Shown in pieces: positions 12,545 to 26,295 of a stretch of DNA of 64,000 nucleotides. Where the stretch lies: positions 40,922,001 to 40,986,000 of the forward strand of contig NW_024704742.1 of NCBI RefSeq assembly GCF_018977255.1. The letters are read 5' to 3'. Each line of letters opens with the position of its first letter. The stretch's first letter is position 1. The position numbers were made by a program, and so were the translations under genes. Origin of the DNA: Callorhinchus milii (lineage: Eukaryota). The notes beneath the pieces are model-generated. The model had not been told where the DNA came from. It worked only from the letters and a program-made list of their open reading frames with translations, and made no database searches.

Positions 12545-14420
12545 CAAACAACAAGTTACATTATATAGGCTCTTTCACGTCGGGAGGATGTCCCAAAGCG
12601 CTGGCCAATGAGGGGTTTGCACCCGAGCTGTGTTTTGGGATCAGAGAGGGAATGAGGGCAAAGGGGCTGCAGGAGGAAAGATGACTGAAGGCACAATTGA
12701 AAAGGAAAGTCTTGAGACAGGTCTTTAAGGAGGCAAGGGAGGGGGCAAGGGAAGGGATAGTGGCGGAGCCGGGCAATGTAGCAGAGGTGGGGCAAGCCAG
12801 AATGGGCAATGGCATGGATATTGATGGTCGAACAAGACACTAAGTTTCCCTACTGGCTCTGTGAGGTGGAGAATGCATCCATGAATAGTGAAGCAATCAG
12901 CTCCTGAGGTGAGGAGGTGAAGGGCCAAGCATGAGAGCTTCTGTCTTGTCATCATTCAACTGTAGGATATTGGCTCTTATCCAGGACAATGTCTGACGGA
13001 CAATCTGTCAGGCAACAGTGGTTCTGGAGTTGAGATTAATGGTAGAAAGACAGAGTTGGGTGTCATCCACATACATATGGAAGTTAACCCCATACTTGCG
13101 GATGATATCCCCGAGCAGGAGCATGTAAATATTAAAAAGGAGAAGACCGAAGACAGAACCCTCGGGGAACACAACATGTTATGGAGTGAGGGCTAGAGAA
13201 GCCATTGGTGGAAACAAAGTGGAGATGATGGGAAAGGTAAGAACAGAACCAGGCAAGTACAGAGCCATGGAGGTGGGGCTGAGTGGAGAATAGATTGGTC
13301 AACAGTGTCAAAAGGCAGCGGAGAGATCAACAAAGACGAGAAGACAAAGAGAGCCCTGGTCATAAATATGGAATGTCATTTGTAACTTTGACTAAGGCTA
13401 CCTCTGTACTATGGACGAGGCGGAAACCAGATTGCAGAGGTTCATACAGGGAGTGGCAGGAGCGGAAAGAGCAATGCTGGGAAGCAATGACTTGTTCCAG
13501 GACCTTCGAGAAAGGAAAGGTTTGAAAAGAGAGATGGGTCAAGGGAAGCTTTTTTGAGTATGGGGGTGATGACGTGAGTTTTTATGGGGGTGGGAATGGT
13601 GGCAGGGGACAGAGAGAGGTTCACAATATCAGTAAGAAAGGGAGCAAGGAGGTGGTGCTGGGAGGTAAGGAGAGGAGTAGCGATGGGCCAAGGGAGCAGG
13701 AGGAGGGCTTCGTTTGGAAAATGATGGGAGATGAGAGAAGAGAAGGTGACAGGGTTAAAAGTGTGGTGGGAGGGATAGGTGGAAGCAGAGTGGGAGGGAG
13801 TGGCAGTAGAAAGGACATAGGCAGCAGAGGGGATCCCCTTGATTTTGGACTCGAGGAAGTCCATCATCTCCTCACATTTGGAGTTAAATCTTCTTGCACA
13901 TCCTCTCCTCACATTAGAAGAGGATGTGTGAGGCATGAAAATGTGGACAGAGGAGCTGGCTTGTGGTGGAAGAGAGGAGTTTGGGGTTGTCCTTAGCCTC
14001 CAAGCTGATATTGGCTGAGGCAAGGGCAGAGGGGTAGATTTTGACACGGTCCAGCCAGATATGAGATTGGATTGGATTTGAGCCAGATGCGTTAAGGGGC
14101 TCTCACCTGTGACTGAGGGAGTGGAGGTGACTGGTGTACCAAGGGGACTTGGGGAGTAGGAAGCAGTGCAGGAGGTGACAACAACAAATAACAACAATTG
14201 CATTTATATAGCACGCTTCATGTCAGGTTGATGCCCCAAAGTGATGGGGGCAAGGGTGTTGAGAGCAGCAGAGAGGGTGTTGTGGAGGAGAGTGACTGAG
14301 GAAGTAAGGTCTTTATGGGAGGAAGCCCAGAGGCGCAAGAGTTCCAATGACTCAAGGGCAACGGAGAAGGAGTGGGGGGCCAGGAGGAGATAGATCCTGG
14401 TTTAGTGGGCAGCGTCAAAG
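12545..14420 (-). mobile_element. Older L2 fragments
   Basis: LYEPLQSGFRLVHSTEVALVKVTND and PILKKASLDP motifs; L2 tails at 12545 and ~14180. Confidence 0.8.
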
Positions 14421-15800
14421 CTCAAAAAAGATGGGTTGCACATATATAAATTTGATTCACTTAATATTCAACAGTGTGAGACAGTTAAAAATCAAGGCAG
14501 CAGGAGAAGAGGGCACAAGTTCAGGTGAGTGAAGGGCAAGTTAGGACAGACACAAGGAAATATTTATTTTCAGAGAACAATAAATACATTGCAACATGTT
14601 ACCATGATACATGCTTGCAGCTATGCTTGCATTTAAGAAACAGCTTATTGCTGTGAAAGAAAGTTGAGAGCGGCTCAGATGAAGGCCCTTTGTCTCATTT
14701 GTCCCTGAATACCCACCCTACTGCCCTCCCATTACAGCAGAAAGATATTTGTTAGATGAGTTCAGTTTGTTATTTGTATATATTTGTTACTCATATTTGT
14801 TAGCTGATTCCATCCTTCCTGGTAACCCATTATAGTTGTTAATTATCCTCTGTGAAAAGAAATGCTTCCTGATGTCAATCCTCAAACTGCCTTTTGAAAC
14901 CCAGAACCTGTGCTTCCCTGTTTTACTGCCTTGGGATATTAATGTGTTGTTCTGGGTTTACTGTGTTAGTACAATTTAGAATCTTGTATACTTCTACAAT
15001 GTCTCCTCCGAGACATCTTTTCAAGGCTGAATAGCCCTAGCTCATCTTACTGATGCTCATAACTCATTCTTCTGATCATTCTCATTTATCTCTTCTGCAC
15101 GCCTTCTTTCTCCAAGATCTCTGATTCCACAGCTCCCTCAACTTGTTCATCTGCTGCAAATTTAACTTCCTTGCACTGAGTCCCTATATCTAGGTCACCA
15201 TGCCATGACTCGCTCTGCCTTCCCCACCTCCGCAACATCGCCCGGCTCCACCACTGCCTCACCCATCAGGCCGCTGACACCCTCATCCACACATTCATCA
15301 CAGGCTTGACTATCCTAACTCCCTTCCCAACTCTTCCCTCCACAAGCTGAAGATCATTCAGAACTCCTGCACCAGGCTCCGGGACCCTATTAACCTCCTC
15401 CTCCTCCTGTGGCCCCCCCCACACCCCAGAGGATGGAGTTAAAAATTCTCGTCCTTGCCTTCAAAGCCCCCCACAGCCTTGCTCCTCCCTACCTTTATGA
15501 CCTTGTAACTCGATATAGACCTGCTGCACGTCCCCCACCCAGCCGCTCCACAATCGGCTGACGGGCCTTCAACTTCTCTGCCCCATCCTTTGGAACTCCA
15601 TGCCACAATCCCCATCTCCTTCAAGGCCCATCTCAAGACCTTTTGATGCATTCCACCAACACATGGAAATCCCAGAAATAGATTGTTGGAATGCGCACTC
15701 TCTCCCTGACGCATCCTGCTTATCTAATTCCAGAAACTATTAGGTGCAGGTTGGCAAAAGCCAAGGCTTGAGGACGCCAGAGTGTGCATTGGGGTACTCC

Positions 15801-16125
15801 TAATAATAATAATAATAATCCTTGCATTTGATATAGCGCTTTTCACATCGGGAGGACGTCCCAAAGCACTTCACAGAACACACTGTAAAGTGAATTGACT
15901 GTATATTTGTGGGCGAACGCGGCAGCCAATTGCGCACAGCAATGTCCCACAAACAGTCGTAGATTGAAAATGACCAATTTATTATTGTTTTGGGTTTTGG
16001 AGAGATTATTATTAGGCTCTGTGTGGAGTAAGGAAACTTGACCAAGGTTTCGCCCTCTGCCTGGAATTGAACTCAGGTCTCTCGCTTGCAAAGCGAGTGC
16101 TCTAACCACTGAGCTACAGGACTCC
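15801..16125 (-). mobile_element. tRNA-derived SINE, young subfamily
   Basis: Near-identical to 321-649; interrupts an older repeat. Confidence 0.9.
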
Positions 16126-16528
16126 TGGTGCCAAACCAGCTAAAACCACAAAGCTTGCCATTGATATCGCTCTGGCAAGCTTTCCCACTGCTTGTCCAGC
16201 TTGGACCACCCTACCCATTAAGGCTTTGGCTTGCAGGGTTAAAAGGAGCTGAGTGGGATGAACTCCCTGCCCCCAGTGACTTGTCTGCCTTTCCATGTCC
16301 TCCCAATGAGCTGTCATCAGCAGTGCCCTGGAATACTGCGGTTCAGGAATTGGACTACCGAGGACGTCACACAGCGCTGACTCGATTCAGACATTCCAAT
16401 GCCAGGCACCTCCGAGCCAGTTCAGCTCCAAAGATACCTGCTTACCTCTCCCCACCAGTGTACATTATTATTTGTTACAAAAAAGCATTGCAGAGCACAA
16501 AGAACCGTGTTCGAGTTTCTGCTGACTC

Positions 16529-16547
16529 TTGCTCCCTCTAGTGGTAC
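16529..16547 (-). promoter_or_regulatory. Candidate CTCF site GTACCACTAGAGGGAGCAA
   Basis: Close match to the CTCF core consensus; motif only. Confidence 0.45.
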
Positions 16548-19500
16548 TTAGGTCTGATCTTATAATTGTACTAAAAACTAAATACATTACCAATGTGACA
16601 AAAAGGCATATTGAAAAATATTAGGTTGAATTACTGTAAATTAAATGTTTGCACAAGTCTATATAACTCATATTAAAGCTTCAAATTGTTTTCTTTAATA
16701 CAGTATTGTCGGTGGTCATATTACCCTTTAAAAGTGCCTGAAGGTCGACCAAAGCTGTGAACCCCATTAATACAGCAACTCAAACATCAGAAGTAGCTCT
16801 ACTACTGTAAATGTTAACACTAACCCACTAAAAATATATAACCAAAACATTTGGCAAATGTATCTGTGCTGTTTTGGCACTTTTCTATTCTTGCTTCCTA
16901 TTTTGATCCTTGATATTTTTACAGCTATCTTCTCCCTACTTTAACTTGTTTTTCAACCTTTCTAGCTTCAAAAACTTTTGACCAACTTATCTTCTTGTAT
17001 TGTTTGTCTACTGATGGGAACAACTTGAGACATTTTAAATGGTTCATTACCTGGCTGACATCCAAATAAAAGGTAAAAGATTGACTGGACCATGCCCATG
17101 ATGTAGGTCTATTAATCTTCAATCTTTGACCCAAAGTTAAGGCTAACAAAAACAACTTTCATTTATAAAGTGCCTTTCATGTCAGGGGATTGTGCCAAGG
17201 CGCTGAACAGCCAAGGGTTTGCACCCAAGCTGGGGGTTGGAATCAAAAAGGGAGGAGGGCAACGATGCAAGTGGGCAGAAGACCGAAGGTATAGTCAAAG
17301 AGGAAGATCTTGAGATGGGCCTTGAAGGAGGCAAGGGAGGGAGCGAGGCGGAGGGATTCCAGGATGGAGTTCTAGAGGATTGAGGTAGAAAGGCTGAAGG
17401 CCCGACCACCAATGGTGCCAGGAGCAGGTCAGTGCCTGCCGAGCAGAGGAAGCGGGCAGATTGGTACGGTCTTAGTAGACTTGGAATCCACAGACACCAT
17501 TACACTTTGTCAGTCCCAGCAAATGTACTTTATACTCAGGGTAAATGTCCTGCTTCCCCATCTTTCTCCTTAAGACAGCATGGGCACAGTTCAACATGTA
17601 GCAGCAGGCTTCTTGTATCTTTTCCCACTGGCTACTCTTCACGTGCATGTCAGTAGGTTATTATTCACCCATATTACAAAATAATTATACAAGTTCACAT
17701 TAACCACCGTGTGAACTGGCTATTTGTGTATATTGAAAAGGACAAACACGTACAGTTCTTACTGATAAAAATAATCTATTGTCAAAAAAATGAGAGATTT
17801 TTCATGCTTTCAGAAAAAAAACATGTTCAATAAAATCCGAGATTTGCCGGGAGAGAAATGCATAGATAGACAAGACGATCAAATAATTCTCAGGGAAGTA
17901 ATAATTTCTAGAACATTGTAAAAGAGGTTAATACTACCACAAGCAAAGCTTCAGATAGAGAAGGTGGAACTATACTATGTGAACACTGAGTTAGTTTCAT
18001 ATCTAGCTTCAGGAACTCCTTGCAAACACTGTTGGCTCTCAACAGATTGCCTCTCAAAACAGTTGGCGTTTCACAAAACACAAGCCTAGTGATGTTAAAA
18101 AAAACATTAAGGAAGTGCTGGGAAAATTTAATATTTCTCTCCAACAATCCAAATTCACAATTAAGGTCTCCTACATCAGGTACATCACATTTTCTATCCA
18201 ACTAAAGAAGAGTATGCTTCTATTGCATCAGTTTTCATCTACCACCTGCCAGTCTTGGTCAGTTGCTTCTGAGTTGGAGAGGTGTGGGATCCACACTGGG
18301 AATTTGAAATCACAATCTAGACCAAGGCTTCAAACAGTGCTGGAGGAGGGGATGTCCTTCAACTGACATCTGCCTACTCAGGTGGACATTAAAGATCCCA
18401 TGGAATTACTTGAAAAGGGGAGTTTCTCCTGGTTCCTGGACAACAATCCCCAGTTCGTGGCTATTTGTGGGATACTGCTTTTCACAAATTGGCTGCGGGA
18501 TTCACCTACAATATACAGTCACTACACTTCAGGGTAAATCTTGTGAAGCGCTTTGCGATTTCCTACTGACAAGAAAGGTGCTATATAAAATGATTATTTT
18601 TATTAATGCATGTGGGTCCAGGTATAATAAAATGAAGATATGGACAAAGCAATCTTAATTCACAAAATGTTGAGCCATGCAAATGTAATAGTATATGGAA
18701 CATTGGTGATTAAGTCCCCCATGCTATATAAATGTAAATTGTATTGTATGGAGAATGAGAACTAATGTTTGAGATGATTTCAAGTTATGTATTATACGGT
18801 ACACTTTGCAATATTGTTGCACTTTAATGAAGGTATGCATACGACGATAATTGTAGTCGGACACCCAAAGTTAATAGAATTTTTCCTGTTGTCTGCAAGC
18901 ATACATTTTCTGTTGATAGGCTTAATGTGAAGCACTTGTTCTACATGTAAGCCTGGGAAAGGGGAGGCGATCATTTAAAAAAAAACGACTGTACAAAATG
19001 TTCCAGGAATTAATTATATTTTTGTTCTCTTAAGAATTTTTATTCTCTTAAGCTTTCACTTGACCATACAGGAACTCTCATCTAAAACATAAAAATCCAT
19101 TATATCAAACAAGTAATTTTCCAATAAAGGAAACTAACCTTATACTGTGGTAATATAGTATTGTTCAAAACATACTTGTTCTCATCTAACCGCAGTTTAA
19201 AAACTTCTGCTGCTGAATCTTACATTTGCAGACTTATCTAAACCTGTGAGATCCATTTGCAGGCGTTCATAAGAATTGCATGCAAGGGTACTAGGGTGTG
19301 ATTTACACACGCAAAGTAGGTTAATCGTGTCCTAAGTTACAATGCACTGCTTGCCAGACTCGTGTGGAATTAGATTTTGTTTCCAAAATGACTGGTATGA
19401 ATATTCAGTCTATCGAGCCTATTTTATTAGTTCATTACAATTCAATGTTTTTGACCCCACTTCTCTGCCTTAACACATCCTTTTGATAGTTTTATTTTGT

Positions 19501-19789
19501 AACTATCTTTTTAATCAACTTAATTGATTCCATATCCACATTCTCACAATCCTTTAGGTCCAAAGTCCCACCATTCTCAGACAATTTCATCTTAAAATTT
19601 AAGATTGTACACAATTGTAGAAAATTCCTAAATTCAGTCTTTTAAAAGAGCTGCCTTCCAAACCAAGTTGAATTTAAATACAGCGGGTGGGTAGTTAGGT
19701 TTTCTTTATTCATGTTTACCAGATTAGCTGATAAGCCCATTCAACATAGTCTGTGAACTTACTCTATATTACATAGGAAAGTGACGTAC

Positions 19790-19920
19790 CTTTTCCAGTT
19801 CCCGAGGAATTCGTAAACACGTGTACACCTTCTCCCGCCTTTCCGTGTACTTGGCCTCATTATGTTCCAGAAGGTATCCTCGAGTCAACTCGGCACTGAT
19901 AAATCTCAACAAGGACAGAT
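19790..19920 (-). CDS. TAPT1: TAPT1 exon 2 (DLSLLRFISAELTRGYLLEHNEAKYTERREKVYTCLRIPRELEK)
   Basis: Translated by hand (absent from the ORF track); acceptor tttgcag, donor AAG|GTACGT; 131 nt; near-identical to vertebrate TAPT1. Confidence 0.95.
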
Positions 19921-21068
19921 CTGCAAAGAAGATTTAAAATATTGGTATATGCACTTAAACTGAATGCAATATAAATTTCTTAGCCTTAAATTAATGAATA
20001 AAAAAATTCTTAACCCTCGTCTTTCTGAAACACCCCTCATGTTCCCAAAAGATAACTCCCACATACCCAGGAATATTCACAATAGTACTAGAAAAAGAGG
20101 CTATCCTGTTCTAAAATGTACATCTCAGTGGTTGTGTGGAACCTAGGCATCTTGTTCAACGCATAACTATCTTTCAAATCCTATGCTCTCACTCGCTTGG
20201 CTTTCGCATGCCTCTACAATAACTCACACCTCCACCACTACATTTCCTAAAACTTTCATCCATGCCTTCATTATGTTCAGCCTCGATTGTTAAAATGGAT
20301 AATTGGCATAGCATCTGGATAAAGCGATGTAGGCGTACATTTTTCACTTTTGGGTTTACAACAACAAAATTACATTCGTATAGCGCCTTTCACATCGGGA
20401 GGACATCCCAAGGCGCTGGGGTGTCCTCCCGACGTGAAAATGTTCAAAATGTTAACATGGAATAAAAGATTGAAGACTAACAAATAACTGCTAGGAAGTA
20501 TGAGAGAATATTACTGGAAAATGAAATGCTTCAAAGCGCTTTGAGACATCCTCCTGATATGAAAGGCGCTTTTATATAAATGTAAGTTCTATTGTAAATT
20601 ATATTATACGCATGCGAGTGTCAAACACTCTATTGTGTCAGTTTCTCTTGGTTTGTGAGGTTGATGAGCAAGTGACATCACTTCCACTGTCTCAAAATAA
20701 AATTTGTCCACTGTGAGCAGAAGAAAAAGATTGGAAGCAAAGTCACCTGATCGTCAGATATGGCTGCTAGTCTCTACTACCAATTAGGTTGTGATGTTCG
20801 AATGAGAAAAACAAGTATCAGTTACACAGATTGTGACTTCAGATAGTATTTTCCCATCCTAAATCTGGGATTGCGGAACATCTTTAAATCCTTCATAGAA
20901 TACAATCAAGATTTGGAATCCACTTTTGCCTGCCTCAATTCCTGGATATCATCTGTATTCATTCAAGTTATGTACACTTTAATTGCCTAGTTTAAACTTT
21001 AGTTGTTTGATATATTAGTATACTCAATATAGTTTCTTGTCTACAATTAATGGTTGTGAATGGTTATT

Positions 21069-21408
21069 GTGTAGTCCTGTAGCTTTCTGGTTAGAGCACC
21101 CGCCTCGCAAGTGACAAGACCTGGGTTCAATTCTTGGGCAGGGCAAAATGTTGGGCAAGTTTTCTTACTCCACACGCCTCTGTTTACCTAGCCATAAGTA
21201 GGTTGGTAGACGATTGCCGAATCGCTTTTCCGGGGATAATACCTTAAAAATAAATCAGAATTTAGTCACTCAATCCACTGCTGTTTGTGGGACGCTGCTG
21301 TGTGCAATTGACTGCTGTGTTTCGCCTAAAAAATATGCAGTCAATTCACTACAAAATATTCTGTGAAGCACTTTGAGATGTCTCGAAGACGTGATAAGGC
21401 ACTATATC
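21069..21408 (+). mobile_element. tRNA-derived SINE, longer and older subfamily
   Basis: Same head and body plus an extra CTCTGTTTACCTAGC... segment. Confidence 0.85.
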
Positions 21409-21829
21409 TGAATTCAGACTAATTTAGTCTTATGTTTCGAGTCCCTCTGCCCATTTTTGGGTGGCGTTTTTATATATTTTTTCAAAATATAAAAGTATTT
21501 AAAAAAATACCATTGGGACCAGAATGAGAATGTCTAAGAATAAGAGTAGACCATGACCTGTTGTGTGCAGTTCATTCTGTATAATCTTCAGCAACCTTCC
21601 AGTTTCTTTCAGAACCAATATTTGCAGAGTTTTAAGGCAGTCACATTAACACCAAGAACATTTCAACTCAGAATTCAAAAATGAAGGCAGGATTCCAAAA
21701 CTACATTTAACAAAGAGTAATGTGAATTTAAACAAACATGTAGGTCATGGCTAAAAAAAACTACAATTCCTTCAAGGATATAATAGAATTGGTAAGATAA
21801 TGTGAAGGTTGTTTTCGACTCTTACAGAT

Positions 21830-22640
21830 TAGCCCTGAGACAGCCCAATAAAAAAAACTCTTGGGATAATAGGAAGTAATAAATTAGATAACTGGGGGAA
21901 ATAGGATCATGAACAATTCTAACTGGACAGATTAATGAGTGTAAAGTTTTCAGGTCTCTGGTGTTCAAAGTTTGAAAAGTGTCTTGGCAAGACATTCAAA
22001 TAAAGTCTGGAATTTGAAAAATAAAGCAAGCTGGAAAGGAGAGGCAGGATGTTTGGGGAACAGTTCAAAGCAGTCAACTGGGATTTGGGTGATGAACTGT
22101 AAATGGCATTTAATGCACATGCTAAATGTAATAATAAAGCAACCAATTAGCAATTGAAAAGGTACGTTTTTAAATCTGAAGCGTTAGAAAAAGATCTAAG
22201 TGTGATATCTGTAGTTGATCAAAGAATTGTCATGCTATAGTATCTAGCTACTTAAATATCCCTGAGGGCACGCATCAAATATGATGTAAACAAGATCTTA
22301 GAAAGAGCAAAGGTACCAATTATTTGAGCTATAAAGAGGATATACAAAATATAATTTACAACCCTTGGAAAAAGAATTAAAAAGATGATACAATTCAGGT
22401 TTCTGAAATAATGGAGAATTAATTAAGTGGTTGCAGAGATATAAAAACAGGACAGGGGATATTGTAAGCAAAGCTGCTAGAACTAACCTAAAAAAAACTA
22501 CAGTTGAAGAGTTTTAGAAGATTGCCGCATAGTGCAATACATGTGGACTCACTGAGGGTAATTAAAATTGAACTGATCCAATTTCTAATTCAGCAGGAAG
22601 TACAGCGATGTGGTTTGGGGCAGGAAAATGAAACAAAATG
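21830..22640 (+). mobile_element. Highly degenerate CR1-like fragment
   Basis: Degenerate RT remnants (LFECLAKTLFKL on the reverse strand is the complement of FEKCLGKTFK); old CR1-like pieces also at ~30420-31260(-), ~39540-40030(-), ~14770-15170(-), ~63480-63960(-). Confidence 0.5.
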
Positions 22641-22686
22641 GCCAGATAAAGGTCCTAAAACCAAACCACATGACATTGAGTTGAAT

Positions 22687-23059
22687 AAGTGCTGTAGTTT
22701 GGTGGTTAGCGCACTCGCCTCGCAAGCGAGAGGACCTGGATTTGATTTCTTAGGCAAGTTTCTTTACTCCACATGCCTCTGTTTACCCAGCAGCAAGTAG
22801 GAATCTGATTGTTAGTTGATTGAGGAATCGCTTTTCCGGGGGTAATAATCCCTTCAAAAAACAAATAAATAAAATAATTTGGTCACTCAATCCATGACTG
22901 TTTGTGGGACCCTGTTGTGCACAATAGTCTGCCGCGATTCACCCACAAAATATACAGTCAATTCACTTTACAGTATATTCTGTGAAGCACTTTGAGACGT
23001 CTAGAAGATGTGTTAAGGTGTTATATCAAATGCAAGGATAAATATATTAGTATTATTAT
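22687..23059 (+). mobile_element. tRNA-derived SINE, longer and older subfamily
   Basis: Same structure as 21069-21408. Confidence 0.85.
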
Positions 23060-23228
23060 AAGCTTACCTCATTCTTGCCTAGTTATTTCCCCCCAATTGG
23101 GTAATTGGGCTGTTCCTGTGAATTATAAACTAAATAAGGAAGAATTGTCTTGACTGAATGAAACAGAAGCAGCATTAAAGTCTATATTTGGATTTTAGTA
23201 TTTTTGACCTGTTCAAGATTGCAGTGAA

Positions 23229-24036
23229 TAACAACAACAAAATTACATTTATAAAGCGCCTTTCACATCGGGAGGACGTCCCAAGGCGCTGGACAGTCAG
23301 GGGCCAGGAATCGAGCATGGGGGAGGGGCTGGGTAGGGGTGAGGATAGGCAGAGAGGTGGGAGGGCGACTGAAGGCACGATCGAAGAGGAGGGTCTTGAG
23401 ACCGGCCTTGAAGGAGGCAAGGGAGGAAGCGAGGTAAAGGGCCTGTGGGATGGAGTTCCAGAGTGAGGGGCAGAGAGGCTGAAAGCCCGGCCACCGATGG
23501 TAGGGCGGGTCGGGCGGGAGACATGGAGCAGGCCGGAGCCCGCTGAACGGAGGGAGCGGGCAGGTTGGTAGGGAGTCAGCAGGTCAGAGAGGTAGGAGGG
23601 GGCAAGGTCATGGATGGCCTTGAAAGTGAGGACGAGGATCTTGAACTCGATCCTCTGGGGGTTGGGGAGCCAGTGGAGTCGGGCGAGGGTGGGAGTGATG
23701 GAGTCGCGGAGCCTGGTGCGTGAGAGTGCACGAGCTGCAGAGTTTTGGATGATCTGCAGCTTGTGAAGGGAAGAGTTGGGAAGGCCGATGAGGAGGGAGT
23801 TCCCATAATCAAGCCTTGAGGTGACAAATGTATGGGTGAGGGTTTCGGCAGCCTGAGGGGTGAGGCAGTGGCGGAGTCCGGCAATGTTGCGGAGGTGGTG
23901 GTAGGCTGTGCCGGTCATGGCGGGGATGTGGGGGAGAAACGACAGTTCAGGGTCAAATAAGATACCCAGGTTCCCGACTGGCTTAGTGAGGTTGAGTGTG
24001 CAGCCGTGGAGGCTGATGCTGTCAGCGCCTGAGGTG
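23229..24036 (-). mobile_element. L2 LINE 3' fragment
   Basis: ORF 23175..24044 (SRLDYGNSLL...LHWLP); (TTG)n tail. Confidence 0.92.
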
Positions 24037-24779
24037 AAAGTCACAAATTCACTTGACTATCTTAAGTTCAGTCACTGAACCTCCACTTGGTCTCGTACGA
24101 GTAATGAAAGAAAATCTCAAGAACCCCAAAACAGCATTCAAGATGCAAATAATTAAACAGTGCTACGGACCCATTATTGCAATTTAAGGAAAGATGCAAG
24201 CCAGTAAGCCATTAAATCACATGGATTTCCAGTATTTACAACTGAAAATAACTACTGCTACTAAAATTCACTTAGCAACTTACTCTATGACTTTCAGATT
24301 TTACAACAGCAAAATCTATTCAATCTGTTCAATATATACAAGAATATTAGGAATCTAAGTGAGCAGCACATCTGCATAGGCAGAAATGCCTCTCATTTAG
24401 AATATCTGTTATGATCCTTTGACCTGTAGCACTGAAATTGTGCTTATGAATCTTTAATGAAAGAAATAATGAGCCTTATGCCTAGTGAAGACATTTCATC
24501 CTCCTATTTCCAGTACCAAGCTTTTGGAAAAAATCTATTTTTGCGACGGGAATAGATTAAAGAAATTACATATGAACATTACAACCTCTCTGCACTCGTA
24601 TTTAGTCCAGTTCTCTATGGTAGCACATACAAAACTCACTGCTGAATCTCTCATGATATAGTTTCTTCCTAATACAGCCAAAAGTAGCTTTCTTTTAATC
24701 TTGAAGAAATTGTATTTCTTTTTCTGTATCCCCACTCCCTAGAAAATATATTCAATTGAATTCCTGAGGACTGCTGCTA

Positions 24780-25290
24780 ATTAATCCAGCAGAAGGTTAT
24801 CATTATAATGAAAATAATTCAGTGCATGTTTGGTGTGGGATTCATTAACCCACCAAAACTGGATGGACAGATTGGAGATTTTCAAACTAGAAATGAGACA
24901 ATCGAGAGGGGACCTGATAACGGCGTTAAGATTACGAAAGGATTTGATAAGGTGGATGTTGATAGGCTGTTTCTATTTGCTGTTGAGTGCAAAACGAGGG
25001 GGCATAAAGATAATTGGTAGCAGATCTAAAAGGGAGTTTAGGAAGAACATCTTTAAGCAGAAGGTGTGAAAATGTTGAACTTGCTGCCAGAAACTGTGGT
25101 TGAAGTTAAAAAAAAAGCAAGCAACACATCTGAGAAACTTAACACATACATGAGATAGAAGGAAATGAAGGGGCGTAGGAGAGTGGAATAGAAGGGTTAG
25201 TAGCTTGCATGAAATATAAATACAGTACTGGCTTCGACTAGTTGGGCCAAATGGTCTGTTTCAGTGGTACATACATTCAATGTATGATTG
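24780..25290 (+). mobile_element. Degenerate CR1 3' end
   Basis: RGDLI...KGFDKVD remnants and a TGGGCCAAATGGTCTGTTTC terminal motif; similar short CR1 ends at ~3420-3603, ~37340-37580, ~57140-57380, ~58190-58460. Confidence 0.7.
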
Positions 25291-26295
25291 TATCAGTTCA
25301 TTTTATGTAACCTTGTCTGTTATTTGTGTAATGTTTTATTACCAAATGTGTAACACAAGTAAATAACTGAAGTACTAGACTGATACCAAAGATTCACAAG
25401 ATTAGCTCTGCAGGTAGTCAGGGCAATCTGCCAAAACTGAATGCTTACTGGTATGGCAGCAAATCAATCCGACTGGATAGAGGAACATCAGTGTCCAATA
25501 TTGTGCATAGCAGCCTTTAAATGAATTAAAAGTCTTAATGCTATCGATAGCCACATGTCTGATACACTGGAAACCTATTGCCATATGTAAGAACATCCTA
25601 ACTTGACTGGGTTCCACATTTGCAAGCAAATATCCCTCTCTGTGGAAAGACAGACTCCATTTATCTAATCTGGGAAAGTATTAGGTGCAAGTTGGACAAA
25701 ACCTAGACTTGGGAGTGTATATTGGGATGCTGCAGCAATTCAACAAGCTGAAACCCTCTCAACTTGCCTATAATTAACAATGTCTGAAAAACTTCCTCTT
25801 CTGTTACGAGTCCATCACCCTCATCTGGGCTGACTTCACATCTTGCAGTGCATCAACTTGACTTTGCCCCATCCTCCGTAGCTCATGCACCCCTACTCCC
25901 CTCGTCACTCTCTCCCTGCCAACTCGGGCCCCTTTCATGCCCCCTTGCTGCACCCAACCGTCGGCAGTCACAATGCCACAACTCGCTTTGCTCAAATACT
26001 TCTTCCTATATATAAAAAACACAATAAGCACCTGACTGTTCTTACACAAATCCTACCATTTAGTTTAGGAATAACATTAGTTGAAGTCTGTAAGCACACT
26101 GCTCATCTGATCACTTAATTAGGGCATGGACAATACCTGAATACAAAAGATTGTTTACGATCATTTCACAGGTCAGATCAAATATCTAAGTACCGTATTA
26201 TGGGATGTTCCTACTGGTGCCCCAAACAGTTAATCCAAGCTGTCTGATGACTTTACATTTTTAAGTGACATTTTAAGTTTGGATCCCTCATATCA

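Noticed and set aside
17900..18230. Overlapping short ORFs with faint LINE-like character
   Set aside because: No diagnostic motif could be identified
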